Positions 9,020 to 17,883 are shown, numbered from the stretch's first letter. The stretch is DNA of 64,000 nucleotides from Candidatus Thorarchaeota archaeon (GCA_048882485.1 JBHLRP010000001.1:96001-160000), one strand, 5' to 3'. The notes: generated by a model not told the origin, from the sequence alone. Numbers and translations are program-made.

Positions 9020-9286
9020 CTAGGATGATGCGTACTTCTTTCCCTTCTCAGTTACATAGTAAGACTTGCCACTGGTAGTATCAGGCTGGCATCCCGCGGC
9101 GCTTGGGCAACCGGCACAATGAGGGTCAGTTGCCTCAACACAATCACCCACCCTTAGAAGACCTCTATCTAGAAGCATCCCTAGCATGTCCTCTAGGGTA
9201 TCGAGTTGCACACCAACGGTTCTAGCCAGCTCTAGTTTACTGATGACATTTTCCTGCAGCATGATCTGAAGGATCTTCTTCAACAA
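9020..9286 (-). CDS. feoC: FeoC-like winged-helix protein with Cys cluster
   Basis: ISKLELARTVGV...LGMLLDRGLL followed by C-x7-CAGC-x5-C. Last gene of the feo operon. TTG at 9286 lies 1 nt after the upstream stop, behind GGAG. Confidence 0.75.
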   Translation of the reverse strand: MLKKILQIMLQENVISKLELARTVGVQLDTLEDMLGMLLDRGLLRVGDCVEATDPHCAGCPSAAGCQPDTTSGKSYYVTEKGKKYASS

Positions 9287-9287
9287 G

Positions 9288-9749
9288 TCAATGATCTCCC
9301 AGGAGATGTTGTGTGAAGTCCCCTTCAGCTTCACCTTCAATTGCCATGGCAATTCCAAAGATCAGTAGGACAATGAAAAACAACCATACTGTAGGAGTGA
9401 TATCTAGAAGAGGTGTCCAAGCAACCCAGTCTTCAAACCCGAGAATCCATCCAAGGTAGTTGGTACTCAGAATGACCAACTGCAACACAAACAATATGCC
9501 TGCTAGGAAGATGCCAACCGCAATGTAGGCAAAACCTTCTCTTTCACCTCTGTGGAGCGGCTTCACCCCAGCCAAAAAGACCATTGACACTATAATGAGC
9601 ATCAATGAGCTGATTGGATCCGAGGGAACTGGAAATGGAACCGCTATCCCGATGCTAGAGATGAACCATAGAAACCCTCCTGCCAGGTAGACCATTCCCA
9701 GCAAAAATGGGAACGGCCAAGTAGTTCTGTTAACTGTCTTCGCCATCAT
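9288..9749 (-). CDS. Small integral membrane protein (about 4 TM) inside the feo operon
   Basis: Hydrophobic ORF. ATG 9749 with GGAGG RBS, 8 nt after the feoB stop. Confidence 0.75.
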   Translation of the reverse strand: MMAKTVNRTTWPFPFLLGMVYLAGGFLWFISSIGIAVPFPVPSDPISSLMLIIVSMVFLAGVKPLHRGEREGFAYIAVGIFLAGILFVLQLVILSTNYLGWILGFEDWVAWTPLLDITPTVWLFFIVLLIFGIAMAIEGEAEGDFTQHLLGDH

Positions 9750-9757
9750 ATCGCCTC

Positions 9758-11080
9758 CTAAGGAACAAAGAACCCTCCAATCAAAACTACCACTAGTGAG
9801 ACTGCATATGCCAGAATCAATTGATACCCTATAGAGAAGCCGGTCCACTTCCATGATCCCGTTTCACTTCTGATGATCCCTACAGTGGCAATACAGGGTG
9901 TATAGAGTAGAACAAAGACCATCAAAGCCAGCGCTGAAAGCGGGCTGAGCGCTGCTGCAAGTGTAGCACCAATGGCAGCTTCACCTTGCACAGAGTATAT
10001 GATTCCTAGAGCTTCAACCACTATCTCTTTTGCCAGCAAGCCAAAAATCAGAGCTGCTACTATTTGCCACGGAAATCCTTGAGGAGCGAAGATAATTGTG
10101 CCAAGATTCCCAATAATGCCTATAAATGATTCATGTGATTCAGCGCCATATCCACCTGGTCCAGTGTTAGCTAGGAGCCACAGAATAATTGCTCCGGCCA
10201 GCAAGTAGGTTCCGGCTTTTCTGAGGAACAGATAGCCTCTATCCCATGCATGTCTAATTGACCCATGGAGTGTTGGTTTCTGATATGTTGGAAGCTCCAT
10301 GATGAGCGGAGAAGATTCTTCCTTTAGAATAGTCTTCTTGAAGATAAGCGCCATAAGAACAGCCATGATAATGCCCAAAAGGTACATCGCGAAGATCATT
10401 GTGCCAGCATAGTCGGGAAAGAACACACCAGCGATGAGCACATACACTGGGAGTCTAGCTGCACACGACATCAATGGACTGATGAGAATTGTTGTCAGAC
10501 GATTACTCTTACCATCGACTGTCCTTGCTGCCATTATCGCAGGCACATTGCAACCAAAGCCGAGTAGCATTGGTATGAATGATCTACCATGAAGGCCAAT
10601 TCTCATCATAATTCGGTCCATTACAAATGCTGCACGTGCGAGATAGCCACTGTCTTCCAAGATGGATATTGCAAGGTACATGAACAGGATTGGCGGGAGG
10701 AATACTATGATGAATCCAACACCTCCAATTATCCCATCTGTCAGGAGTGAGGCTAGCCACGGAATCGGAATTTGCGCTGTGAGCATACCTAGCCAGGCAA
10801 ATGCCCCCTCAATCATTGCCATGAATACTAAGGATGCTGTAAATGTGAAATGAAACATCGCCCACATTATGACCATGAAGATGGGCAATCCGAGGTAACG
10901 GTGAACCAACACGCTATCCAACATATCACTTAGAGTCCACTTCTCCTCACCAGGTTCATACACCTCACAGAGTATCTCTCCGATGATTTCGTATCGACGG
11001 TCTGCGAGGACAATTTGTGGATCCAATTCATCATCAAAGTCCTCCTCTTCAGAGATTGTAGTTTCTGGAGTTTCGGTCAA
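9758..11080 (-). CDS. feoB: Ferrous iron transporter FeoB, transmembrane part (split gene)
   Basis: LEDSGYLARAAFVMD, GFGCNVPAIMAART, MSCAARLPVY, MELPTY, AKEIVV, LYTPCIAT. No GTPase domain. TTG start with GGAGG. Confidence 0.95.
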   Translation of the reverse strand: MTETPETTISEEEDFDDELDPQIVLADRRYEIIGEILCEVYEPGEEKWTLSDMLDSVLVHRYLGLPIFMVIMWAMFHFTFTASLVFMAMIEGAFAWLGMLTAQIPIPWLASLLTDGIIGGVGFIIVFLPPILFMYLAISILEDSGYLARAAFVMDRIMMRIGLHGRSFIPMLLGFGCNVPAIMAARTVDGKSNRLTTILISPLMSCAARLPVYVLIAGVFFPDYAGTMIFAMYLLGIIMAVLMALIFKKTILKEESSPLIMELPTYQKPTLHGSIRHAWDRGYLFLRKAGTYLLAGAIILWLLANTGPGGYGAESHESFIGIIGNLGTIIFAPQGFPWQIVAALIFGLLAKEIVVEALGIIYSVQGEAAIGATLAAALSPLSALALMVFVLLYTPCIATVGIIRSETGSWKWTGFSIGYQLILAYAVSLVVVLIGGFFVP

Positions 11081-11895
11081 ATGGAAACCTCCAAAACCCG
11101 CTCCCTGATGGAAGGATTCTGAATCATCAATAGAATCTCATCGTCTCTTTCTAGGATTCTGAGTGCAAGCCATCTAGGCGGAAATCTATCCAGCAGTTCT
11201 TTTTCGTCCTCTAGGATTCCAACAATCTCCTTCAATTTGATCTCAATATCTGGTCCATACTTAATGGAAGGAGGTCTAAGTCGTTCATAATCTCCATGAT
11301 GATGGTGTTTTGGATGATAGTGAAGATGGTCGTCGTTATTTGGCTCACCCAGTGAATGCGGGGCAGAGTGTAGCACATCGCCCTTGTGGTCCCCTAGAAG
11401 GCCCTCAGGCAACGCCTGCAAGATAGCATCGCGCAATTCATCCATTCCAATCTTCCTAGTGGCAGTCGTGACGACAACTGGAACACCCAATCGCTGTGAG
11501 AGCAGATTTATGTCGATGTTGTCACCCCTCGATTGAACAACATCAAACATATTGAGAACAACTACCAGATTCAGCTGCATTTCAATGAGCAGTAGTGTTA
11601 GATACAAATTCCTTTCTAGCTGAGAGGCATTCAGAATGTCGACAACCACGTCAGGTCGATGATCTATCAGGTATTCTCGAGCGACTTCCTCATCATCGGA
11701 TAAGGCGCTAAGACTGTAAACGCCAGGTAAATCAATGACTTCGAACTCATAGCCCGTGTAGTCGTAGAATCCTTCCTTGACTTCAACTGTTTTTCCGGGC
11801 CAATTGCCTGTATGTTGCTTCATGCCTGTGAGATTGTTGAAGATTACTGACTTCCCAACATTGGGATTGCCAATGAGCGCAATTCTCATCCTCAA
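11077..11895 (-). CDS. feoB: FeoB N-terminal GTPase/GDI domain (split gene) with His-rich insert
   Basis: GNPNVGKS, GNWPGKTVE, DLPG, LERNLYL, LNMFD, RWLAL. Insert HLHYHPKHHHHG. Confidence 0.95.
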   Translation of the reverse strand: MRMRIALIGNPNVGKSVIFNNLTGMKQHTGNWPGKTVEVKEGFYDYTGYEFEVIDLPGVYSLSALSDDEEVAREYLIDHRPDVVVDILNASQLERNLYLTLLLIEMQLNLVVVLNMFDVVQSRGDNIDINLLSQRLGVPVVVTTATRKIGMDELRDAILQALPEGLLGDHKGDVLHSAPHSLGEPNNDDHLHYHPKHHHHGDYERLRPPSIKYGPDIEIKLKEIVGILEDEKELLDRFPPRWLALRILERDDEILLMIQNPSIRERVLEVSI

Positions 11896-11899
11896 CTGG

Positions 11900-12280
11900 C
11901 TAAGGCACCTCCCTAACGAGTATCCTACAAGCCATGTGATGTCCGAGTGCTATGCGCGTCCCTCTAACCTCAATCAATACTGGACCGTGCCCTCCACTTT
12001 GCACTACTGTAAAGGTGCATCCTCGTGTTATGCCAAGGTCTAGCAGTCTTCGCATAAAGCCGCGGCCCTTTTCCCTTCTCGAATGCCTGAATCTGCAATC
12101 ATCATCCGAATCTGATGCTTTGTGGAAATGCTTCCCCCGATGGTGCCTTCTTATGGGTGGGACATGTCGACTATGTTTTAGTCCTTCTATGCCAAGAAGT
12201 ACGCATTTGGTACCTGGACTGACTGATACAAGCTTCTTCGCATTGTATTCGTCTAGAACAGGTGTAGCTTCTTCTCGCAC
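11900..12280 (-). CDS. feoA: FeoA family protein with His/Arg-rich insert
   Basis: RRLLDLGITRG, GPVLIEVRGTRIALG. The likely start is GTG 12280, because the track's ATG 12310 lies inside the operator palindrome. Confidence 0.9.
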   Translation of the reverse strand: MREEATPVLDEYNAKKLVSVSPGTKCVLLGIEGLKHSRHVPPIRRHHRGKHFHKASDSDDDCRFRHSRREKGRGFMRRLLDLGITRGCTFTVVQSGGHGPVLIEVRGTRIALGHHMACRILVREVP

Positions 12281-12296
12281 ACAGATCGCCCCACAA

Positions 12297-12319
12297 AAAG
12301 TTAGATACATCTAACATTT
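12297..12319. promoter_or_regulatory. Palindromic operator, DtxR/MntR-like, at the feo promoter
   Basis: GTTAGAT-AC-ATCTAAC (12300-12315) is a perfect inverted repeat flanked by AAA/TTT, about 25 nt downstream of a minus-strand CTTATAT TATA-like element (about 12338-12344). Confidence 0.65.
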
Positions 12320-12414
12320 CTCTGATTCAATTGCCTGATATAAGCATTTTCAAATGAGCTCTGAATGCAAATGCTATCTACCGCAACTATTACATATTGA
12401 GTTAGTATCTTGAA

Positions 12415-13812
12415 ATGGGAAATCCTATGTCCTTCTACAAGACTCCATTGAAGTATGGAACCACAGTTATTGATAAGTTCATTCCAAAGACACTTAGCGA
12501 CGTAACAGTGCTACAGATTGAGGAATACAAGCCCGACTTCTCGGACTTTGAGAAGAAGCTTGAGGATGTATTGGCCAATCCGATTGGTTCCAAGCCCTTC
12601 GATGATCTAGTTAGCGAGGTCTACGCTGAAGGTAGGACCATTATGTTCATTGTAGACGATAACACTCGTCCAAACATACATACTCGAATCTTACTGCCCA
12701 TACTAACGAAGCGGCTCTTCAAACTTGGTGTAAGAAAGGAAGATATCCGAATAATAATTGCCAGTGGAACACACAAGAAGCCCACCCCAGACGCGATTGA
12801 GAAGCGAATCCTTGGAGCAATGCTCTATGGCGAGTGGATGGACAATGTGCTCATTCATGACTGCGATTCAGGAAACCGCAATCTTGGAAAGACAAAGAAA
12901 GGGGCGCCAATCCTCATAGATGAACAGGTTCTTGGTGCTTCCTTGCTAATTCCTCTAAGTGATTCGGAGTACCATTACTTTGCTGGACAGGCGGGAACAG
13001 TCAAGTTGTTCTGCCCAGGAGTTGCAGGCCGAGAAACTATTCGTGTCAATCATCCCCGTATGTTTGATGTAGAGCGAGGTTTTGTTTCGGGATGCAGATT
13101 AGGAAATACGAAAGGAAATCCAGTGATTGAAGAAATGATAGAGGTCGCAACTAGTGTCAAGGAGAATCTCCCAATGTTTTGCATTGACACGATAGTGCAT
13201 CATGGCGAAATCGTCTATGTTCAAGCCGGCGATCTCATTGAATGCCATAAGGCTGCATCAGAGCCACTTCGAAAACTGCGAGTCGTTGAAACTGATGAAC
13301 CGGGTGACATAGTTTTTGTGTCAGTTGGAGAGCTCGGACTTAACCTGTATCAAGCTGGCAAGGGGATTCACGCCGCCTGGAATGCAGTTCGTCATGACAT
13401 GAAGGGATGGATCGTCTTTCTGGCTCCTTGCCAGGAAGGTATTGGAAGTGCCGGGTACGAGGAAGCCATGCATGCAGTAAAGGGCATGATGGTAAAGGAT
13501 GCTCTCAAGTATGTAATTGAAAACTACGGTTCGGAAGAGACATTCAAAATTGGCAACCAGAAACCCCCAGATCTATTCCGCATACTTCTTGATGTTGCAG
13601 AACGCAATATCAAAGTGGTCACACAGCTTGATCCAAAAGAGCTCGGAGAGGTCTATCGGATGGATGCAAGGAATCCAAAGAGCCCTGAGGATGCTCAGCG
13701 GGTGCTTCGTGAAATTACTGAGCAATTCGTGGATGAGAACCCGGATATTCCGAATCCGAAAGTGTACGTCCTCGATGATCCTGGGCTTCTGATTGAGGTC
13801 AAGAACCGCTAG
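12415..13812 (+). CDS. larA: LarA family nickel-pincer-dependent 2-hydroxyacid racemase/epimerase
   Basis: DDNTRP, IIIASGTH, HDC, HYFAG, K...PG, NH, NLYQAGKG, APCQEGIG. Confidence 0.85.
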   Translation: MGNPMSFYKTPLKYGTTVIDKFIPKTLSDVTVLQIEEYKPDFSDFEKKLEDVLANPIGSKPFDDLVSEVYAEGRTIMFIVDDNTRPNIHTRILLPILTKRLFKLGVRKEDIRIIIASGTHKKPTPDAIEKRILGAMLYGEWMDNVLIHDCDSGNRNLGKTKKGAPILIDEQVLGASLLIPLSDSEYHYFAGQAGTVKLFCPGVAGRETIRVNHPRMFDVERGFVSGCRLGNTKGNPVIEEMIEVATSVKENLPMFCIDTIVHHGEIVYVQAGDLIECHKAASEPLRKLRVVETDEPGDIVFVSVGELGLNLYQAGKGIHAAWNAVRHDMKGWIVFLAPCQEGIGSAGYEEAMHAVKGMMVKDALKYVIENYGSEETFKIGNQKPPDLFRILLDVAERNIKVVTQLDPKELGEVYRMDARNPKSPEDAQRVLREITEQFVDENPDIPNPKVYVLDDPGLLIEVKNR

Positions 13813-14143
13813 TTCTGGAAAACGCATATGGGGAAAATGCATGCAAGGCGAGAAGAATCTCAATTAGAATCCACAAGCCACTCTGAAACAGCGCTAGGTA
13901 CAGGATGCTGTCTACAAGATTCGCCATCACCATGATTTCCAAGGGACCAGGATACATTGGAATCGGGAACAGTGCGCCAGGCGGTCCACCTGACCACCAT
14001 ACTCCTGATACCCAATCTCCACTCATGAATCGCGATGCCGCATACATCCACAAAATGTAAAGCATCAAGATTATCGATAGAATCCTAAGTCTGCTGCTTA
14101 GCGGATTGAGAGGCCTCCTGACCATTGAGAATCCACCTGACAT
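13799..14143 (-). CDS. Small hypothetical membrane protein (2-3 TM)
   Basis: Hydrophobic ORF filling the gap between larA and cysS. GGAG upstream. Confidence 0.55.
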   Translation of the reverse strand: MSGGFSMVRRPLNPLSSRLRILSIILMLYILWMYAASRFMSGDWVSGVWWSGGPPGALFPIPMYPGPLEIMVMANLVDSILYLALFQSGLWILIEILLALHAFSPYAFSRTSGS

Positions 14144-14209
14144 CGCCTAATCTCCAGTCAGCACTTATTCAAAATTGAGATAACCATTTGTTCCTAAGCA
14201 AAGGTTTGA

Positions 14210-14235
14210 GCCGAAGGTCGGTTGGAACCTTCGGC
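14210..14235 (-). terminator. Hairpin downstream of cysS
   Basis: GCCGAAGGT-N8-ACCTTCGGC, a perfect 9-bp stem 33 nt after the cysS stop. Confidence 0.55.
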
Positions 14236-14268
14236 AGTGAAAATGATTTTTGACATGGTTGGACCTGG

Positions 14269-15705
14269 CTAGTCCATCTTCCATGTGGCGCCGTCCTTTG
14301 TATCTGCAACCGTGATTCCCAGTTCAGCTAGTCGGTCACGGATTCTGTCTGATGTGGCATAGTCCTTAGATTTTCTCGCATTCTCCCTGATCTCGAGAAG
14401 CAGCTCAACGGTACCTTTCAGGGCTTCAGCAGAAGCTCCTGAATCAGTTCCAGCTCCAGTCGCTCCAAGGTCTACACCAAGGATTCCAACTAGCTCGGTA
14501 AGAACAGCTAGCGCTTCTCTGAGTACCGCTGCTCCCCCGACATTGGGAGTATGAGTGTTGATCTCTCTCACGAAGGTGAATATCTCAGCTAGGGCACCAG
14601 GCGTGTTGAAGTCATCATCCATCTCCTTCTCAAAACTCACACGGACCTTCTTTGCAGCCTCAGCCAATTTCTTGTCCGCATCGGCTTCGCGACTTCCGGA
14701 CCGTTCGAGGATGAGAATGCGCCCTCTGAGATTGTCAGCAGCGTTCTTTATTCGCTCTAGAGACTGAATGGCTTGTTTGATAGCTGTGTCATTATAATCC
14801 AGAGGTTGTCTATACTGCCCTGAAACCAGGTATAGGCGAACAGATTGGTGATCATAGTTGTCGAGGACTTCTCTTGCAGTGAAGAAGTTGCCTTCTGATT
14901 TGGACATCTTCTCGGTATTAATGGTTAGGAATCCATTATGCAGCCAGTACTTTACTGGGGTCTCTACACCGTAAGCTGCAAAGGACTGCGCTATCTCATT
15001 CTCATGATGTGGAAATATGAGGTCCTGTCCTCCACCATGAATGTCGAATGGGAGACCTAAGTAATGCCTTCCCATGACCGAGCATTCGGCATGCCAGCCC
15101 GGCCGTCCCTTTCCCCAAGGGCTGCCCCATGAGGGCTCCCCTGGCTTCTCAGCTTTCCATAGTGCAAAGTCTCGTGGATCTCTCTTCTTCTCATCCACTT
15201 CAACTCTGGCACCTGCTGAGGAATCATCGGCGGAGATCTTGGAGAGTACGCCATACTTCTCAAGTTCGCTTACATCGAAGTAGACGTCGCCATCAACAAC
15301 GTATCCCTTTCCGTTCTTAACAATGAGGCCAACCATCTCGATGATGTCGTCGATATGCTCAGTTGCACGAGGGTTGATTGTTGCCGGCTGGAGATTCAGC
15401 TGGTTTGCAATTAGCAGATACTCAGCAATGAATTTGCTGGCCAACTCTTGAACTGAGATACCATCTTCATTCGCACGGTTGATCATCTTGTCGTCGACAT
15501 CAGTGAAATTGGTGGCATAGTAGACACGATATCCACGATACTCAAGGTAGCGACGGATTGTGTCAAACACTGCAAATGACCTGGCATTGCCTATGTGAGG
15601 ATAATCATACACTGTCGGACCACACACATACATACGTACGTTATTTCCATCAATTGGTTTGAATTCCTCTTTGGCACGTTTTAGAGTGTTGTAGACTTGT
15701 AGCAT
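14269..15705 (-). CDS. cysS: Cysteine--tRNA ligase
   Basis: MYVCGPTVY, HIGNAR, DFALWK, GRPGWH.EC, DIHGGG.DL.FPHHENE, KMSKS, DDFNTP. Confidence 0.98.
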   Translation of the reverse strand: MLQVYNTLKRAKEEFKPIDGNNVRMYVCGPTVYDYPHIGNARSFAVFDTIRRYLEYRGYRVYYATNFTDVDDKMINRANEDGISVQELASKFIAEYLLIANQLNLQPATINPRATEHIDDIIEMVGLIVKNGKGYVVDGDVYFDVSELEKYGVLSKISADDSSAGARVEVDEKKRDPRDFALWKAEKPGEPSWGSPWGKGRPGWHAECSVMGRHYLGLPFDIHGGGQDLIFPHHENEIAQSFAAYGVETPVKYWLHNGFLTINTEKMSKSEGNFFTAREVLDNYDHQSVRLYLVSGQYRQPLDYNDTAIKQAIQSLERIKNAADNLRGRILILERSGSREADADKKLAEAAKKVRVSFEKEMDDDFNTPGALAEIFTFVREINTHTPNVGGAAVLREALAVLTELVGILGVDLGATGAGTDSGASAEALKGTVELLLEIRENARKSKDYATSDRIRDRLAELGITVADTKDGATWKMD

Positions 15706-15830
15706 TGTCACTACCCATTTTCGCAATTGCGGATTCGCATAAAAAGTCGCCTGCAAAAATTGCCTTCAATTCCCTTCACACGAATTGATAAGGGGGCTAG
15801 CATAAAATCCCAGACCGGTGCAAACGCATT

Positions 15831-16595
15831 ATGGACCCGGGTGTCAGAAACGCACTTGATCGAGCTTCTAAACTCTGTGATGAAGAGTGCGATGAAGAGG
15901 CTCAAGGAGTGATATTAGATGCTCTAGGGAGCTACCCGGAGAATCCAGACCTTCGGACGATGCTTGGAAAAATACAAGCTAGGCTACAGAGAGAGGACGA
16001 AGCAGAGGTAACATTGAGGGGCGTGCTGAAGGATGATCCTCTCCATGAAGATGCTTCATGCGCTTTGGGTCGTTTGCTAGATCAATCGCTCAGAACTGAC
16101 GAAGCTGAGAAAGTCTATCGAAGACTATTGACTGAGTCTCCTGCAAGTCATTGTGCACTTGATGACCTCTGCAGATTATTACTTGCAGAAGGCCAATGCT
16201 TTGAGGCTCTTGAAGTCGCTCGAGCACATGCGAACAGATTCCCAGATTGTCTTGAAGCATATGATGGATTGAGATACCTGCTTGCGATAGTCGAGGATGA
16301 ACTCTGTGAAGGTTATATCAGCGAATCAACGGATAATGAGACTCTGGAAAAGCTAACAGTGAATCTCCTTGAGCAATTTGATGTAATGATGAGAATTAAG
16401 AAGAATGTTGGTCCACTCTCAGGGATGGAAGAGCCCCTTGCGACAGATATGCAGGAAGAATATTTGCGAATTGTTGGTGAATTGGATCATCTCTCTCGAG
16501 TTATTGATGAACGAGTTTTCACTTTGCCTACATCCCTTAGCAGGCAATTGCTAAATGCTGTCAAAGAAGGATCCGCTCGTATAGAAGGATTCTAG
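15831..16595 (+). CDS. Tetratricopeptide-repeat protein
   Basis: About 34-aa periodic helical repeats (LG...A..., P.H.DA..ALGR, P..L.AY). Confidence 0.75.
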   Translation: MDPGVRNALDRASKLCDEECDEEAQGVILDALGSYPENPDLRTMLGKIQARLQREDEAEVTLRGVLKDDPLHEDASCALGRLLDQSLRTDEAEKVYRRLLTESPASHCALDDLCRLLLAEGQCFEALEVARAHANRFPDCLEAYDGLRYLLAIVEDELCEGYISESTDNETLEKLTVNLLEQFDVMMRIKKNVGPLSGMEEPLATDMQEEYLRIVGELDHLSRVIDERVFTLPTSLSRQLLNAVKEGSARIEGF

Positions 16596-16600
16596 CTTCT

Positions 16601-16897
16601 TCATCGCCATTTGTAGCCACGGAAACCATAGTCCTGTATCGTTTCACTCTCACTCAGAAAAATAAGGTCTTGTTGTGAATCCTGAAAGAGCCAGATGTGC
16701 AATTTCGAATCCTCAAGAGCTTGAAGGAGCTCGATTCGGTTTTCTGCCCTTAGTCCCATTACCTTTAGCAGGCTGTTTAGTGTAACAATTCGGTCAACAT
16801 TCTTCCTTGCAGTTGCGATGATTCTGGCTTTGGATGCGGGCTCCATTTTGAGAATCTCACTATCGCGAAGGACTGCTTTGATTCTCACTGCTATCAC
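16601..16897 (-). CDS. Hypothetical protein
   Basis: 98-aa ORF with protein-like composition filling the gap. AGGT upstream of GTG. Confidence 0.65.
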   Translation of the reverse strand: MIAVRIKAVLRDSEILKMEPASKARIIATARKNVDRIVTLNSLLKVMGLRAENRIELLQALEDSKLHIWLFQDSQQDLIFLSESETIQDYGFRGYKWR

Positions 16898-16947
16898 TAC
16901 CTAGTTTCAGTGAGGTGGAAATAAGCGTATCGGCATAGAACGGAGAC

Positions 16948-16999
16948 TTAATATATCTCTATATTGAGATAGGTTAATATATCTCAGACATGAGATAGG
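16948..16999 (+). repeat. Two tandem 26-bp units, each a TATA-like element plus palindrome (putative double operator)
   Basis: TTAATATATCTC-TATAT-TGAGATAGG then TTAATATATCTC-AGACA-TGAGATAGG. Each unit contains TATCTC-N6-GAGATA. Ends 23 nt before the protease ATG. Confidence 0.8.
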
Positions 17000-17022
17000 T
17001 ATGATGTCTAGAGGTTGCAACC

Positions 17023-17883
17023 ATGCAGATGAAAATTCAATTAGGTCCAGGGTCGGGCCATCCTCACGTACCTGTGATGATCAATGGAAAGGGGCCCTTT
17101 GTCTTTGTTCTCGATACTGGTGCAAGTATAACTACCGTGTCCAGTTCCCTTGTTGAGGAATTAGGAATACCCACCTATGTGGGAGAGAAGAAAAAGGCAA
17201 GAGGAGTCGGCGGGAATGAACTCCCTGTCATGACTGCGAAGATTGAATCGCTAGAAATAGGATCCCTACAATTTCAGGATGAAGAAGTTGGTGTAATTGA
17301 CTTCGCCAAAGTGTTGGGGACCACTGGTTGCGGTCCGACTGCAGGAGTTATTGGACACACAATCCTCAAGAATTTCAGAGTCGGTCTAAATTACGGCACT
17401 CTTCAACTGAGTCTTGAGGAGAGCAATGGATCTGACACTATGAACGCACTGGAATGGATTCCATTCAAGTATCTAATAGACTCACACCTTGTTGGTGTTC
17501 CAGTATACATCAATGGCAAAGGACCTTTTGATCACATCCTAGACACTGGCTCGAGTGGCAATGTAATGACTCCAACGGTGGCAAGTGAGATTGGTATAAT
17601 AACCCCGTCGAGCGAGCCTACCACTGCGGAAGGATGCTCAGGAGGCGAATGCATAGGAGTGGGCGGGAGAGCGACGGGTTATGGTGCAATGGTCCGAAGC
17701 ATCTCGATTGGTTCCTCAGTGCTCTCCGACACCATCATGGGAGTGATTGATCTCGGGGTGATCTCTCCAAATGGTCAAAAGCTTGACTATGGTGTAATTG
17801 GCTATCCATTCTTGAGGGATTATGAGCTAGTAATCGATTATCCGATGCAAAGAGTAGCTTTTGCTGGGCATAATAAGAACTAA
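17023..17883 (+). CDS. Two-domain retropepsin-like aspartyl protease (clan AA)
   Basis: Two repeats of VPV.INGKGPF...LDTG(AS/SS), each with a GVGG flap and a GVIG motif. Confidence 0.92.
   Translation: MQMKIQLGPGSGHPHVPVMINGKGPFVFVLDTGASITTVSSSLVEELGIPTYVGEKKKARGVGGNELPVMTAKIESLEIGSLQFQDEEVGVIDFAKVLGTTGCGPTAGVIGHTILKNFRVGLNYGTLQLSLEESNGSDTMNALEWIPFKYLIDSHLVGVPVYINGKGPFDHILDTGSSGNVMTPTVASEIGIITPSSEPTTAEGCSGGECIGVGGRATGYGAMVRSISIGSSVLSDTIMGVIDLGVISPNGQKLDYGVIGYPFLRDYELVIDYPMQRVAFAGHNKN

Noticed and set aside
11060-11100. feoB pseudogene or programmed frameshift
   Set aside because: Both halves keep all motifs, the second has its own SD and a TTGA coupling overlap, and no slippery heptamer is present. 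A sequencing error cannot be fully excluded without reads.
16948-16999. Mini CRISPR array
   Set aside because: Only two abutting units, no 30-40-nt spacers and no cas genes. An operator fits better.
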